A stretch of DNA of 60,786 bases from a virus (IMGVR_UViG_3300046000_007143:1-60786), one strand, 5' to 3'; positions 9,173-17,018 are shown, counted from the first letter of the stretch. Notes: a model not told the origin generated them from the sequence alone. Numbers and translations are program-made.

Positions 9173-9187
9173 TGGTCAGTCTCCGGA

Positions 9188-9979
9188 TTAAGCCGCCTCA
9201 GCGGCCGGTTTATCTGCCGCGGGTGCGGCCGATGGGAAGAAGGGGGCGAGGGCGGTGAAGCCTTGGCCGCGCGTGAACATGATCTTCGCGGGCATGTTGT
9301 ACCGGTTGCCGGCGGTAAACGCGGGCTTGCCCTCGGTGTAGATCCAGCGCGTATCGCCGCCGTCGGCGCGGGCGCGGTCGCCCTTGCCTTCGGTCTTGAT
9401 CGTGACGTCCTTCTTGACCAGCAGGATGGCGTCGACCTCGCGCTTCAGCAGTGCCTCGGCCCGCTTGTGCAGGTCGATGTCGTAGCGGCTGTAGGACTGG
9501 GTCTCCGGGTCGTCGAACCGGCTTATGATCGCGTGACCGACCAGCACGACAGCCATGCCGCGCTCGTTGCGCAGATAGTTCAGGCCGTCGAGTACCTGGA
9601 GCCAGAGATTGTCGGCCTCGATGTAGCCCTTTCCGTAGCCACCGCCGGCCAGTTCGATCGACTTGACGTTGCTGTCGCGGCAGACCTTGTCCCAGACCAG
9701 CTTCTGCAGGGCGGAGACGCTGTCGAGCACGACGGTCTGGAAGCTGTGCTCTTCCTGAGCGAGCGACGCGATCGCCTCGACCACGCTCTCGAACGTGTCC
9801 AGCGTGCCGAAGCTGTCCAGCACCAGATCGCCGCTCTCGCCGCGCTCCGTCTGCAGGAACACCGGCGCCGGGAACTCGGCGGCGAGCGTCGTCTTGCCCA
9901 TCTTCTCGGGGCCGTAGATCAGCAGCCGGGGCGGCTGGTCAGCGCGGACCTTGCGCAGGGATGCGAGGGAGATAGCCAT
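9188..9979 (-). CDS. AAA_24 / Sak4-like recombination ATPase
   Basis: Walker A YGPEKMGKTT, Walker B TVVLDS, GYGKGY motif. Confidence 0.88.
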   Translation of the reverse strand: MAISLASLRKVRADQPPRLLIYGPEKMGKTTLAAEFPAPVFLQTERGESGDLVLDSFGTLDTFESVVEAIASLAQEEHSFQTVVLDSVSALQKLVWDKVCRDSNVKSIELAGGGYGKGYIEADNLWLQVLDGLNYLRNERGMAVVLVGHAIISRFDDPETQSYSRYDIDLHKRAEALLKREVDAILLVKKDVTIKTEGKGDRARADGGDTRWIYTEGKPAFTAGNRYNMPAKIMFTRGQGFTALAPFFPSAAPAADKPAAEAA

Positions 9980-10176
9980 TAGAAGGGCACCTCCAGATCG
10001 ACGCCGCCGGCCACCGTGACGGTCGCTCCGCCCGCCGTCAGGAAGCTGTGAAAGAGGTCAGCCGCCGACACGATGTCGTTGGGGGTGTAGGCGTTCAGCG
10101 GATTGTTGTTGCTGGCGAGATGAACTGCGGCCTGCAGCGCCTCGGCCCGCGTCGCATCGTACTGTTGGTCACTCAT
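9979..10176 (-). CDS. Hypothetical protein (A-specific)
   Basis: ORF fills the gap with overlapping start/stop; an unrelated ORF holds this position in B. Confidence 0.6.
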   Translation of the reverse strand: MSDQQYDATRAEALQAAVHLASNNNPLNAYTPNDIVSAADLFHSFLTAGGATVTVAGGVDLEVPF

Positions 10177-10741
10177 CTGCGTATTCTCCGGGCGCATTCA
10201 GAAACCACCCGCCCGTCGCGCCATCTGCGGAGGGATGAAACTCAAGCCGATGCGAGACGGCCGGCATGATCGCGATGCGGGCACGGGGCACACGGGCATT
10301 GCCGCGCGGCGCCCAGCATGCAGCCACGCCGACAACCCACCGGTCGTCCTCGATGACCTTGCAGGCGACCAGCAGATCGAGGATCGCCTTGCACCGGTTG
10401 TCGATGTCAGCCAGCAGGCTCTCGCGCTCGACGCTGATCGTGACGATGACGCGACCGGGAACGGCGTCGACCATCTGCTCGCGCACCATCCAGCCGGCCT
10501 CGGCCAGCCAGTCCTTGTAGTTCTTGGTCTTCGCGCGCCCGCCCGGCTTTCCGCCTCGCGGCATCAGGCTCTTGAACAGCTTGTTGACGCTCGGCGGCGC
10601 AGGGATTGTCAGGGTGGTACAGACGGGGGCTTGCGCCCCCGCCCGCTGGCGCACCCCAGGCACGGAAACCGCGCCGGGATCTTGGTTGAGGGCAGCGTGA
10701 TCCGCAGCCTCGGCGATGGGGCAGATGCGAGCCGCGGTCAT
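10169..10741 (-). CDS. rusA: RusA-family Holliday junction resolvase
   Basis: PPSVN, DIDNRCKAILDLL, IEDDRWV motifs. Confidence 0.88.
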   Translation of the reverse strand: MTAARICPIAEAADHAALNQDPGAVSVPGVRQRAGAQAPVCTTLTIPAPPSVNKLFKSLMPRGGKPGGRAKTKNYKDWLAEAGWMVREQMVDAVPGRVIVTISVERESLLADIDNRCKAILDLLVACKVIEDDRWVVGVAACWAPRGNARVPRARIAIMPAVSHRLEFHPSADGATGGWFLNAPGEYADE

Positions 10742-10959
10742 GCGCGCCTCCACCAGCGGAGGACGGCATTGGATGCGCGCGCAGCGACGAGCTGTGCACT
10801 TGCAGCGATCCAACCCGGCCCCGAGAGGAGCCAAGCGACCGATTTACCGAGAACCCATACCGGCGAGAGCAGGACGACAAGCGTCCACATCAACGGTGTG
10901 AAGGAAGGCTGCTGCCCGCCCAAGTTCTGCGGCTTGGAGACGCCGTTGTTCGGCCTCAT
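10738..10959 (-). CDS. Small putative membrane protein overlapping the cII-position gene
   Basis: Hydrophobic segment LMWTLVVLLSPVWVLG; conserved at 54646..54867; stop coupled to the rusA start. Confidence 0.6.
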   Translation of the reverse strand: MRPNNGVSKPQNLGGQQPSFTPLMWTLVVLLSPVWVLGKSVAWLLSGPGWIAASAQLVAARASNAVLRWWRRA

Positions 10960-11275
10960 GGTCCAGCCTGTTTTTCTCTGAGGTGAAGTAGTCGGTCAGG
11001 CGCTTGCCCGTGACGATCGCAAGGATCGTCACGCCGACACGCCAGCCGCCGTTCTTGTGTTGCAGGACCATTTCCATGGTCCTGATGGAGGTCTTGCCTT
11101 CGATCAGGCCCTTCGCCTGGTCAGCGGTCAGTCCCCACTCCCGCATCACGCGGCCGAGGGTTCCAACATCGCCGCCGCAGCGACGCCGTGCGACTTCCGC
11201 GAACGCTTCGCGAAGGCCGCCCGACACGGGGTGACTTTCCTGTTCGAAAGGTGAGCTTTCCTGTCCAACACGCAT
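10844..11275 (-). CDS. cII-position regulatory protein (putative HTH)
   Basis: Downstream of cro; GAGGT RBS; homolog 54752..55174 shares HKNGGW and RLDHEAEQRR. Confidence 0.65.
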   Translation of the reverse strand: MRVGQESSPFEQESHPVSGGLREAFAEVARRRCGGDVGTLGRVMREWGLTADQAKGLIEGKTSIRTMEMVLQHKNGGWRVGVTILAIVTGKRLTDYFTSEKNRLDHEAEQRRLQAAELGRAAAFLHTVDVDACRPALAGMGSR

Positions 11276-11416
11276 CAGAGTGAACCTCGTTGGAAGGCAG
11301 CACTGATGACGGTGTTGGAAACGGAGTTGGAGAAGTGATCGACACGGCCGGCGCCAACCGGAACGAGTCGAGCGGAGACGGTAAGGGGGTGCGCCAACAC
11401 CCCCGAAGCCGGGCCA
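11276..11416 (-). ncRNA. Candidate regulatory RNA: two hairpins with GUUGGCGC loops followed by CCAAC motifs
   Basis: Conserved at 55175-55307 while flanks diverge; GGGGGTG-TTGGCG-CACCCCC and CCGG-TTGGCG-CCGG on the minus strand. Confidence 0.5.
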
Positions 11417-11440
11417 CGGGAAAGAGGGTTAACGCTTACC

Positions 11441-11794
11441 GTGCGGCGACCTTTCCCCTTGCGCGGGAAAGCGTGGCTGTATCCACTGACCGTTGGTCTT
11501 TGGAGAGTCGCGTTGCAGTCACGAACAAAACCACACCCCGACCTAAACATTTCCGAGGAGTCAGCCGCCGAAATGGTTGCGGCGCTCATCTTCGCATTGT
11601 CAGACGGAAAGCCGCAGAAGATCGCCCGGCGCGTTGCCGTGATGCGAAAGCTGCTGGACGCCCGAGCGGCGGAGCAAAAGGTCGTGGCCTTGCGGGCGCT
11701 GCTATGTCCGAACGGCACCAAGGCGCGAGCAGGCGAAGCCGCCGCCCGGATGGAGCGGGTCGAGGTCATTCTAAAAGAAATCGCCCGGTTGTAG
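11441..11794 (+). CDS. Helical hypothetical protein, antisense within the cro operon (start uncertain)
   Basis: Protein-level homology to 55340..55696 (LSDGKPQKI/LSSGKPKRV; AAARMERVE/AAAWLERME). Confidence 0.65.
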   Translation: MRRPFPLRGKAWLYPLTVGLWRVALQSRTKPHPDLNISEESAAEMVAALIFALSDGKPQKIARRVAVMRKLLDARAAEQKVVALRALLCPNGTKARAGEAAARMERVEVILKEIARL

Positions 11795-11795
11795 G

Positions 11796-11996
11796 TCATG
11801 CGGCCACCATCTCAGCGATAGCAGCATCCGACAGCGCGGCGATCGGACCGAGCTTGACGCCGGTTGCCTTGAAGATCCGCAGCGCGAGATTGTGGTTCGG
11901 AATCCGCTTGCCGTTCGCGATGTCGTATGCGTAGCCGCCGTTCGCGATCTTCGCGTCCTGCAGTTGCTTGGCGAGGGATGGAGCTGAGCCGTTCAT
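11796..11996 (-). CDS. Cro-like repressor (A)
   Basis: 66 aa, YAYDIANGKRIPNHNLALRI HTH; divergent from the cI-like gene. Confidence 0.75.
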   Translation of the reverse strand: MNGSAPSLAKQLQDAKIANGGYAYDIANGKRIPNHNLALRIFKATGVKLGPIAALSDAAIAEMVAA

Positions 11997-12006
11997 GACC
12001 GAAACA

Positions 12007-12088
12007 TCGCAGACTGCGAGGTATCTGTCTATAGCCATTCCTCGCAATAACGACATGGTCCGGCTGGTCAGCCAGTCGCAGGCTGCGC
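12007..12088. promoter_or_regulatory. OR-like operators of A (TCGCA-N3-TGCGM)
   Basis: TCGCAGACTGCGA 12007-12019, degenerate TCGCAATAACGAC at 12042, TCGCAGGCTGCGC 12076-12088. Confidence 0.75.
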
Positions 12089-12090
12089 GG

Positions 12091-12408
12091 ATGCCCAAGA
12101 AGACATCCAAGCAAGCCGCCAACCACCTCCGAGCATGGCGGGAGTTCCGCCGCATGACCCAGGAACAGCTCGCCGAGTCGGTCGGCACCGCCGGCAATGT
12201 CATCGGCCTACTAGAGAGTGGCGAGCGCGGTCTGTCCCATAAGTGGCTGCTGAAGCTGGCCCCGGCACTCGGCACGACGCCCGGCTTCCTGCTGGACCAC
12301 AGCCCATACGACCTCGACACGTCATTTCTGGACGCAGCCCTGTCGGTCCCGCCAGAGAACCGGGCTCAGGCCTTGGCGATCCTGCAGACATTCAAGAAGC
12401 GCGCGTGA
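12091..12408 (+). CDS. CI-like XRE repressor (A), no S24 peptidase domain
   Basis: LRAWREFRRMTQEQLAESVGTAGNVIGLLESGERG XRE HTH. Confidence 0.88.
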   Translation: MPKKTSKQAANHLRAWREFRRMTQEQLAESVGTAGNVIGLLESGERGLSHKWLLKLAPALGTTPGFLLDHSPYDLDTSFLDAALSVPPENRAQALAILQTFKKRA

Positions 12409-12441
12409 GTCACCGGCTGCGAGGTCGGCTGAAATAATACC

Positions 12442-12479
12442 TCGCATTTTGCGCTAGACACTTAACTCGCAATCTGCGA
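12442..12479. promoter_or_regulatory. OL-like operators and early promoter of A
   Basis: TCGCATTTTGCGC 12442-12454 and TCGCAATCTGCGA 12467-12479 flank TAGACA, upstream of an AGGAGG RBS. Confidence 0.75.
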
Positions 12480-12509
12480 GGCTTCCTCCATCAACAGGAG
12501 GACATTGGC

Positions 12510-12785
12510 GTGTCGCACCCAAATCAAATCGCACTGCCCGTCGCCGTCTCGCGCTGGATCGACCAGTCGCAGACCATGCCCGATCACGTCGCCGTCGAGC
12601 GGCTGAGTGACAAGCTCATCTTCATCACCGAGGCGATCGACGTGCTGGCGTCGGACACCGATGACGTGCCCGTGGAGATCCGCGGCCTGTCGGTCATCGA
12701 CCTGATGTCGGCGAGCGCAACGCTGTCGGTCGAGATCGGTACGCGGCGTAGGTTCATGGCCGTTGAGATGCAGGTGGCAGCGTGA
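12510..12785 (+). CDS. First early-operon protein (conserved)
   Basis: AGGAGG RBS; homolog 56406..56690. Confidence 0.8.
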   Translation: MSHPNQIALPVAVSRWIDQSQTMPDHVAVERLSDKLIFITEAIDVLASDTDDVPVEIRGLSVIDLMSASATLSVEIGTRRRFMAVEMQVAA

Positions 12786-13111
12786 GCGCGCTCGAAGACG
12801 ACGCTGTCGACCACAGCAAGGCGTACAACCGCACGACAACTGGCTCGGCGCGTGAGCGCCAGATCGAAGCATACCGTGAGACGATCGCCGAACGCCTCGT
12901 CTATCACAAGCTGCGCATCGACGCCGGTCTCGACCCTCGCTGCGGTCTTCGCCTCATGACGCCGGACAGCGCATCGGTCGTTCCTGATGTGTCGCAAGCC
13001 GGGGTGACTCCGTTCGCGCAGTTCAGCCTCGATAGTCGAGACGCCGAGCTCTACGCGATCGCTCATCAAGCTGCGCGCGACCTCGTCGCTTATGCGGAGC
13101 CCGCCCAATGA
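12782..13111 (+). CDS. Hypothetical protein (A-specific)
   Basis: GTGA/ATGA coupled overlaps. Confidence 0.65.
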   Translation: MSALEDDAVDHSKAYNRTTTGSARERQIEAYRETIAERLVYHKLRIDAGLDPRCGLRLMTPDSASVVPDVSQAGVTPFAQFSLDSRDAELYAIAHQAARDLVAYAEPAQ

Positions 13112-13293
13112 CCGCCGCCTACTTCGACACGCCGGCACACCCGCTCGGCATCGTCACACACCCTGATTGGGACGCCGTTCGCGATCGCTGGAACGCGCTG
13201 TACTGCGCCAGCATCCTGAACGCCGCCCGCGATGACCGCGACCAGAAGAGGGGCCGGGTTTCGGCTCGGTCCCTCGGGAGCCTGGGAGCATGA
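13108..13293 (+). CDS. Conserved small early protein
   Basis: YFDTPAHPLGIVTHP; homolog 56687..56887. Confidence 0.75.
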   Translation: MTAAYFDTPAHPLGIVTHPDWDAVRDRWNALYCASILNAARDDRDQKRGRVSARSLGSLGA

Positions 13294-13631
13294 CCAGCCC
13301 TGATGAACTGGAAAAGCTGGCGAGGGCTGCGACGCCGGGGCCTTGGACTTGGGATGACCCGCTGTCGTGCGCGTCTGGCTTGTCTGGCCCATCCGGTACG
13401 CCCGTCATCGAGGACTTGGGCTACGACGGCCTCTGGATTGGTCCTGACAGCCCGAACGCCGCCTTCATCGCCGCCGCCAATCCCGCGACCATCCTCGATC
13501 TCCTCGCAGCCAACCGGAAGATGCGTGCGGCTTTGGAGCGGATTGCGGACCCTCGCAACATTCACTTTGCCGGTGACGCTCAAGTGGTCGCCCGCTCTGC
13601 CCTCTCTACGAAGGAGCAACCTGATGTCTGA
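13290..13631 (+). CDS. Ead/Ea22-like protein
   Basis: LARAATPGPW...NAAFIAAANPATILDLL motif. Confidence 0.8.
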   Translation: MTSPDELEKLARAATPGPWTWDDPLSCASGLSGPSGTPVIEDLGYDGLWIGPDSPNAAFIAAANPATILDLLAANRKMRAALERIADPRNIHFAGDAQVVARSALSTKEQPDV

Positions 13632-14304
13632 TGCAGTTATGGTTCCGAGTTCTTGGGTGAAAATCCTGCGGCTGATTGCCGAGGGCCACCCGGTTGAAGC
13701 CCATGAAGACCAGTTCATTGTTGTGCAGAACCCGGACTTTCAGCCGGACATGAACGACCCGAACTTTGTCATCGACACCCACGCCCTCGCAGCTTCTCCC
13801 TCTGTGGGAGGTTGGGAGAACGACCCTTATCTGGCTACCGATCTCGCGCTTGTGAATGACCTGATTTATCAGCACGGCGGCGACGCGGCCCTTGCGGGAT
13901 GGGTGCGGCTTTGTCGTCGGATCACAGCAGCCCCTCCACCACCCTCAGTCTCTATAGGTTCACGGCCCCAAGAGGCCGTACCCACCGCGCAAACGGTACC
14001 GGCTGTTGTAGGTTGGCAGGACATTGAAACGGCACCGCGCGACGGGCGCTGGTTGCTGCTTGAGGGTGAGATGAGCGGCGGGGACACCTCTACTGTCCGC
14101 GTTGGACGCTGGAACCCAACATACTCAGACGCGACCCGATGCACTTACGAGTGGCAGTGTGTTGACCCTTACGCGCACGGCACGGAAGACGAGGCGGTCG
14201 GCCCCGACGGTTTCTGGAACTGGTACTCGGACGGGCGCATCTCTGGCTGGCAACCACTCCCCGCCGCTGAAGGCTGTTCTAGCAATGAAGGAGTGGGACA
14301 GTGA
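13624..14304 (+). CDS. Modular early protein with C-terminal DUF551-like domain
   Basis: AAGGAG RBS; GWQDIETAPRDG...GWQPLP. Confidence 0.7.
   Translation: MSDAVMVPSSWVKILRLIAEGHPVEAHEDQFIVVQNPDFQPDMNDPNFVIDTHALAASPSVGGWENDPYLATDLALVNDLIYQHGGDAALAGWVRLCRRITAAPPPPSVSIGSRPQEAVPTAQTVPAVVGWQDIETAPRDGRWLLLEGEMSGGDTSTVRVGRWNPTYSDATRCTYEWQCVDPYAHGTEDEAVGPDGFWNWYSDGRISGWQPLPAAEGCSSNEGVGQ
13957..13986 (-). repeat. REP/attC-like bulged hairpin, copy 1
   Basis: Minus strand GTGGGTAC-GGCC-TCTTGG-GGCC-GTGAACC. Confidence 0.6.
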
Positions 14305-14561
14305 AGCGGACATTCCAGAACAAGCCGATGACCTTTCACGAAAGCCTGCACTGGTGCGGGTGCCCGTCGTGTCAGGCCGACATTGCCTACCGCGCGCAAA
14401 CTGAGCCGCCACAGAAGCCGGACTTCCTCGCCTATCTGCGGGAGGAATACCCTGAAACAGCCGGGCTGATGGAGGTTAGCGTTGCTGCTGAAACTGGCTC
14501 GCCGGGTACGCCGGAAGGCGTGAACCCCACCATCCTCCCTCAGACGGAGAAGGGGTCATGA
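14301..14561 (+). CDS. Hypothetical protein
   Basis: AAGGAG RBS, coupled overlaps, CGCPSC. Confidence 0.6.
   Translation: MKRTFQNKPMTFHESLHWCGCPSCQADIAYRAQTEPPQKPDFLAYLREEYPETAGLMEVSVAAETGSPGTPEGVNPTILPQTEKGS
14501..14526 (+). repeat. REP/attC-like bulged hairpin, copy 2
   Basis: GCCGGGTAC-GCC-GGAA-GGC-GTGAACC. Confidence 0.55.
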
Positions 14562-15013
14562 GTAAGGTTCATTCCGGCCAAGAGGCCGTCATACCCACCG
14601 AGGGTCACGGAAGAGATGTTGTTTCGGGTCTGACACCTTGGATCGTAGAGGACACCGGCTCCCGTCTTTGGGTGGGGCCTTCGAAAGCATGGGCACACAA
14701 AGTCGGTGACGTGGTGTGCGCTTTCGATATTGGCTCGGACCTTACCGAAGAGGCAAACGAACGCGCCCGTATCAGGGCAAGCTTGATTGCCGCCGCCCCT
14801 GAGATGCTTGAAGCGTTAGATGGCATTCTTCACTTCACCGACGGCTTCGGCTTCTACCGCACGCAGTCTCCCGCCGGGAAAGCTCTTGAGGGCTGGATCG
14901 AGGCTGCTCGCGCAATCATCGACAAAGCTACCACTGCAAACTCGGTAGGTACGGAGGCCCCCTTGGGCCGAAGTGCACCCAGCATCCCTCCCGTGAAGAC
15001 CGGGGAGGGCTAG
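14558..15013 (+). CDS. Phage early protein (TPW...A.LIAAAPEMLEAL family)
   Basis: Common phage early-gene motif; hairpin repeats at both ends of the ORF. Confidence 0.7.
   Translation: MSKVHSGQEAVIPTEGHGRDVVSGLTPWIVEDTGSRLWVGPSKAWAHKVGDVVCAFDIGSDLTEEANERARIRASLIAAAPEMLEALDGILHFTDGFGFYRTQSPAGKALEGWIEAARAIIDKATTANSVGTEAPLGRSAPSIPPVKTGEG
14566..14598 (-). repeat. REP/attC-like bulged hairpin, copy 3
   Basis: Minus strand GTGGGTATGACGGCC-TCTT-GGCCGGAATGAACC. Confidence 0.55.
14945..14979 (+). repeat. REP/attC-like bulged hairpin, copy 4
   Basis: GTAGGTACGGAGGCCC-CCTT-GGGCCGAAGTGCACC. Confidence 0.55.
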
Positions 15014-15220
15014 ATGGCTGGCTTTAGCGCGAAGGCTCGGGTGTTTGTCGATGGCGAAGACAAGACCGAAATGTACGAGCGGTTCATGAGAAACCTGCTG
15101 ATCGGAGGACTGAGAAACCAGATCACGCGGCGATTTGATCGGTGCTGTCATCCGGGAAAACCGGGCGACGGCGACCTTTATCTCAGCCGAATGATCCGTG
15201 AGAGGAGCGAGTTTTCATGA
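15014..15220 (+). CDS. Small protein, homolog of B 47148..47333
   Basis: VFVDGED...GLRNQI.RRFDRCCHPGKPGDG shared. Confidence 0.75.
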   Translation: MAGFSAKARVFVDGEDKTEMYERFMRNLLIGGLRNQITRRFDRCCHPGKPGDGDLYLSRMIRERSEFS

Positions 15221-15660
15221 CCCAACCTCACCAGATAGACCGGGAGCTGGCGGAGATCGTCAGCGACGAGGAAATCACCCGCGTCCACGGCAGCGCCAAC
15301 TTCGGCCCCATGCCGCCTCGGCAGGTCGTGAACGACGGCATCAGCAAGATCGCGGTCGGCTATCATTGCGGCCACACGCAGTTCAGCATCCTGCGTGGCC
15401 ACGGCCTCATTACCAAGCCCAAGGGAATGAGCTACGACTGCAACCTGACCAAAAAGGGCAAGCGGTATTTTCGGGCTCTGTCCAGCCGTCCCGCCCCTAT
15501 GGAGGCTGTGGCTTGGCGGTTGAGGCGTGTCGGTTCGGAGCAGTGGAACTTTTGGGACACCCCGCCGTGGCTTGCTCTTCCGGTGTATGCCGACGCGACA
15601 AAGTGGGAAGTCCAAGCCCTCGCAGTCATCCCCACAGAAGGGGGAGAAGGCCATGACTGA
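15217..15660 (+). CDS. Hypothetical modular early protein
   Basis: GAGGAG RBS, coupled overlaps; AVAWR module also present in 58665..58967. Confidence 0.65.
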   Translation: MTQPHQIDRELAEIVSDEEITRVHGSANFGPMPPRQVVNDGISKIAVGYHCGHTQFSILRGHGLITKPKGMSYDCNLTKKGKRYFRALSSRPAPMEAVAWRLRRVGSEQWNFWDTPPWLALPVYADATKWEVQALAVIPTEGGEGHD

Positions 15661-16006
15661 GCGCATCCACCTGCCCCAGGTGCTCGCCCTCGCCGGCTAC
15701 AGCCGCACCACGCTGCGCAACCGGCAACTCGCCGGCACCATGCCCCTGCCGATCGACCGCGGTGCCAGGGGCGGGATCTTCGACAAGGCCGCGGTTCTCA
15801 AAGCCCTTGGGATGACGCAAGATGCAGCCCCCGACCCGACCGAAGCATGGACGTGCGACATCAATGCCCTCCGTGACGATCTCGCTAGGAAAGTACGTCG
15901 TCCTCAAGAAGCGCGCGGACGGCACCAGCAGGGCATACTTTCAGGTTCCGGCACGTCTGCGTCCCTCCGGCTGGTCTCCGGCCATACCGCTGCCCCGCAC
16001 GGCTGA
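15653..16006 (+). CDS. xis: Excisionase / AlpA-like HTH protein overlapping int
   Basis: IHLPQVLALAGYSRTTLRNRQLAGTMPLP; immediately upstream of the integrase. Confidence 0.7.
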   Translation: MTERIHLPQVLALAGYSRTTLRNRQLAGTMPLPIDRGARGGIFDKAAVLKALGMTQDAAPDPTEAWTCDINALRDDLARKVRRPQEARGRHQQGILSGSGTSASLRLVSGHTAAPHG

Positions 16007-17018
16007 TCGACGGGGCACGCTGGACGCGGCCGAGGTCGCTGCCATCAAGCGCGACGCGGAGGCCCTGTACGGCGATCTCATGCAGGCGAAGACCGGCGAC
16101 ACGGTCCGGCCGCCCGAACGCAGCCTGTCGACGCTTGTGGACGCCCTGCAGCGGTCTCCTGAGTGGGCGGCGCTGTCGGACAAGACGCGCGTCGGCTACG
16201 AGACCGGGTTCAAGAAGATCCTGGCATGGTCGAAACGTTGCGGCCATCCTGACCCGACGGCCCTGCCCCGCTCAGCGATCCTGCAGTTCCTGTCGATGTT
16301 CGATGCGGGTGTGGAGCCGGACGGCAGCGTGAGGCCTGCACGCCACACCGCCAAGAAGCACACCGCCGCGGTCCTGCGCCTCGTGCTCGAGCAGGCGATC
16401 AACAAGGGCTGGCGAACGGACAACCCGGCGCGCGGCATCCGCATCAAGGTGCCGAAGACCAAGGCGACGATCTGGGAGCAGAAGGACGTCGACTGCTATG
16501 TGAAGGCGGCGCGCGATACGGGCGTGCCGTCGATCGCCCTCATCATCCTGCTGGAATGGGAGATCGGACAGCGGCTGACCGACGTGCGCGCGTTCCGTCC
16601 GGGCGCCGAGTACGATGCCGAGCGTGGTGTGTTCTCGTTCCGGCAGTCCAAGACCGACGAGCCGGTATCGATCGAGGTGTCGCTGGAGTTGCGGGGGCTG
16701 CTGAAGACGGCTGGCGAGGGGCAGCTGTTCCTGTTCCGCAACGACCGCACCGGCAAGGCCTACACCGAGAACCGGCTGTCCAAGACATTCGCCTGGGTGC
16801 GGGTCGCTGCGGTCAAGGCCGGCGGTCGCCCGCTGATCCTGAAGCAGCTTCGTCACTCGTGCATTGTCCAGCTTGCGCGCGCCGGGTGCACTGTGCCTGA
16901 GATTGCGGCCATCACAGGCCATGCGCTGACGAGCGTGAACGGGATTTTGAGCGTGTACCTGCCCCGCGATACTGCGGTGGCGAGGGCGGCTCAGGTGAAG
17001 AGGGGGCTGGTGGTTTGA
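15864..17018 (+). CDS. int: Tyrosine recombinase (phage integrase) A
   Basis: GQR, QSKT, KQLRHS (K in place of the usual H), ITGH, SVYL catalytic motifs; adjacent to att. Confidence 0.93.
   Translation: MPSVTISLGKYVVLKKRADGTSRAYFQVPARLRPSGWSPAIPLPRTADRRGTLDAAEVAAIKRDAEALYGDLMQAKTGDTVRPPERSLSTLVDALQRSPEWAALSDKTRVGYETGFKKILAWSKRCGHPDPTALPRSAILQFLSMFDAGVEPDGSVRPARHTAKKHTAAVLRLVLEQAINKGWRTDNPARGIRIKVPKTKATIWEQKDVDCYVKAARDTGVPSIALIILLEWEIGQRLTDVRAFRPGAEYDAERGVFSFRQSKTDEPVSIEVSLELRGLLKTAGEGQLFLFRNDRTGKAYTENRLSKTFAWVRVAAVKAGGRPLILKQLRHSCIVQLARAGCTVPEIAAITGHALTSVNGILSVYLPRDTAVARAAQVKRGLVV

Noticed and set aside
11420-12480. CtrA boxes (TTAA-N7-TTAA) in phage promoters
   Set aside because: Only isolated TTAA half-sites were seen by eye; no full site
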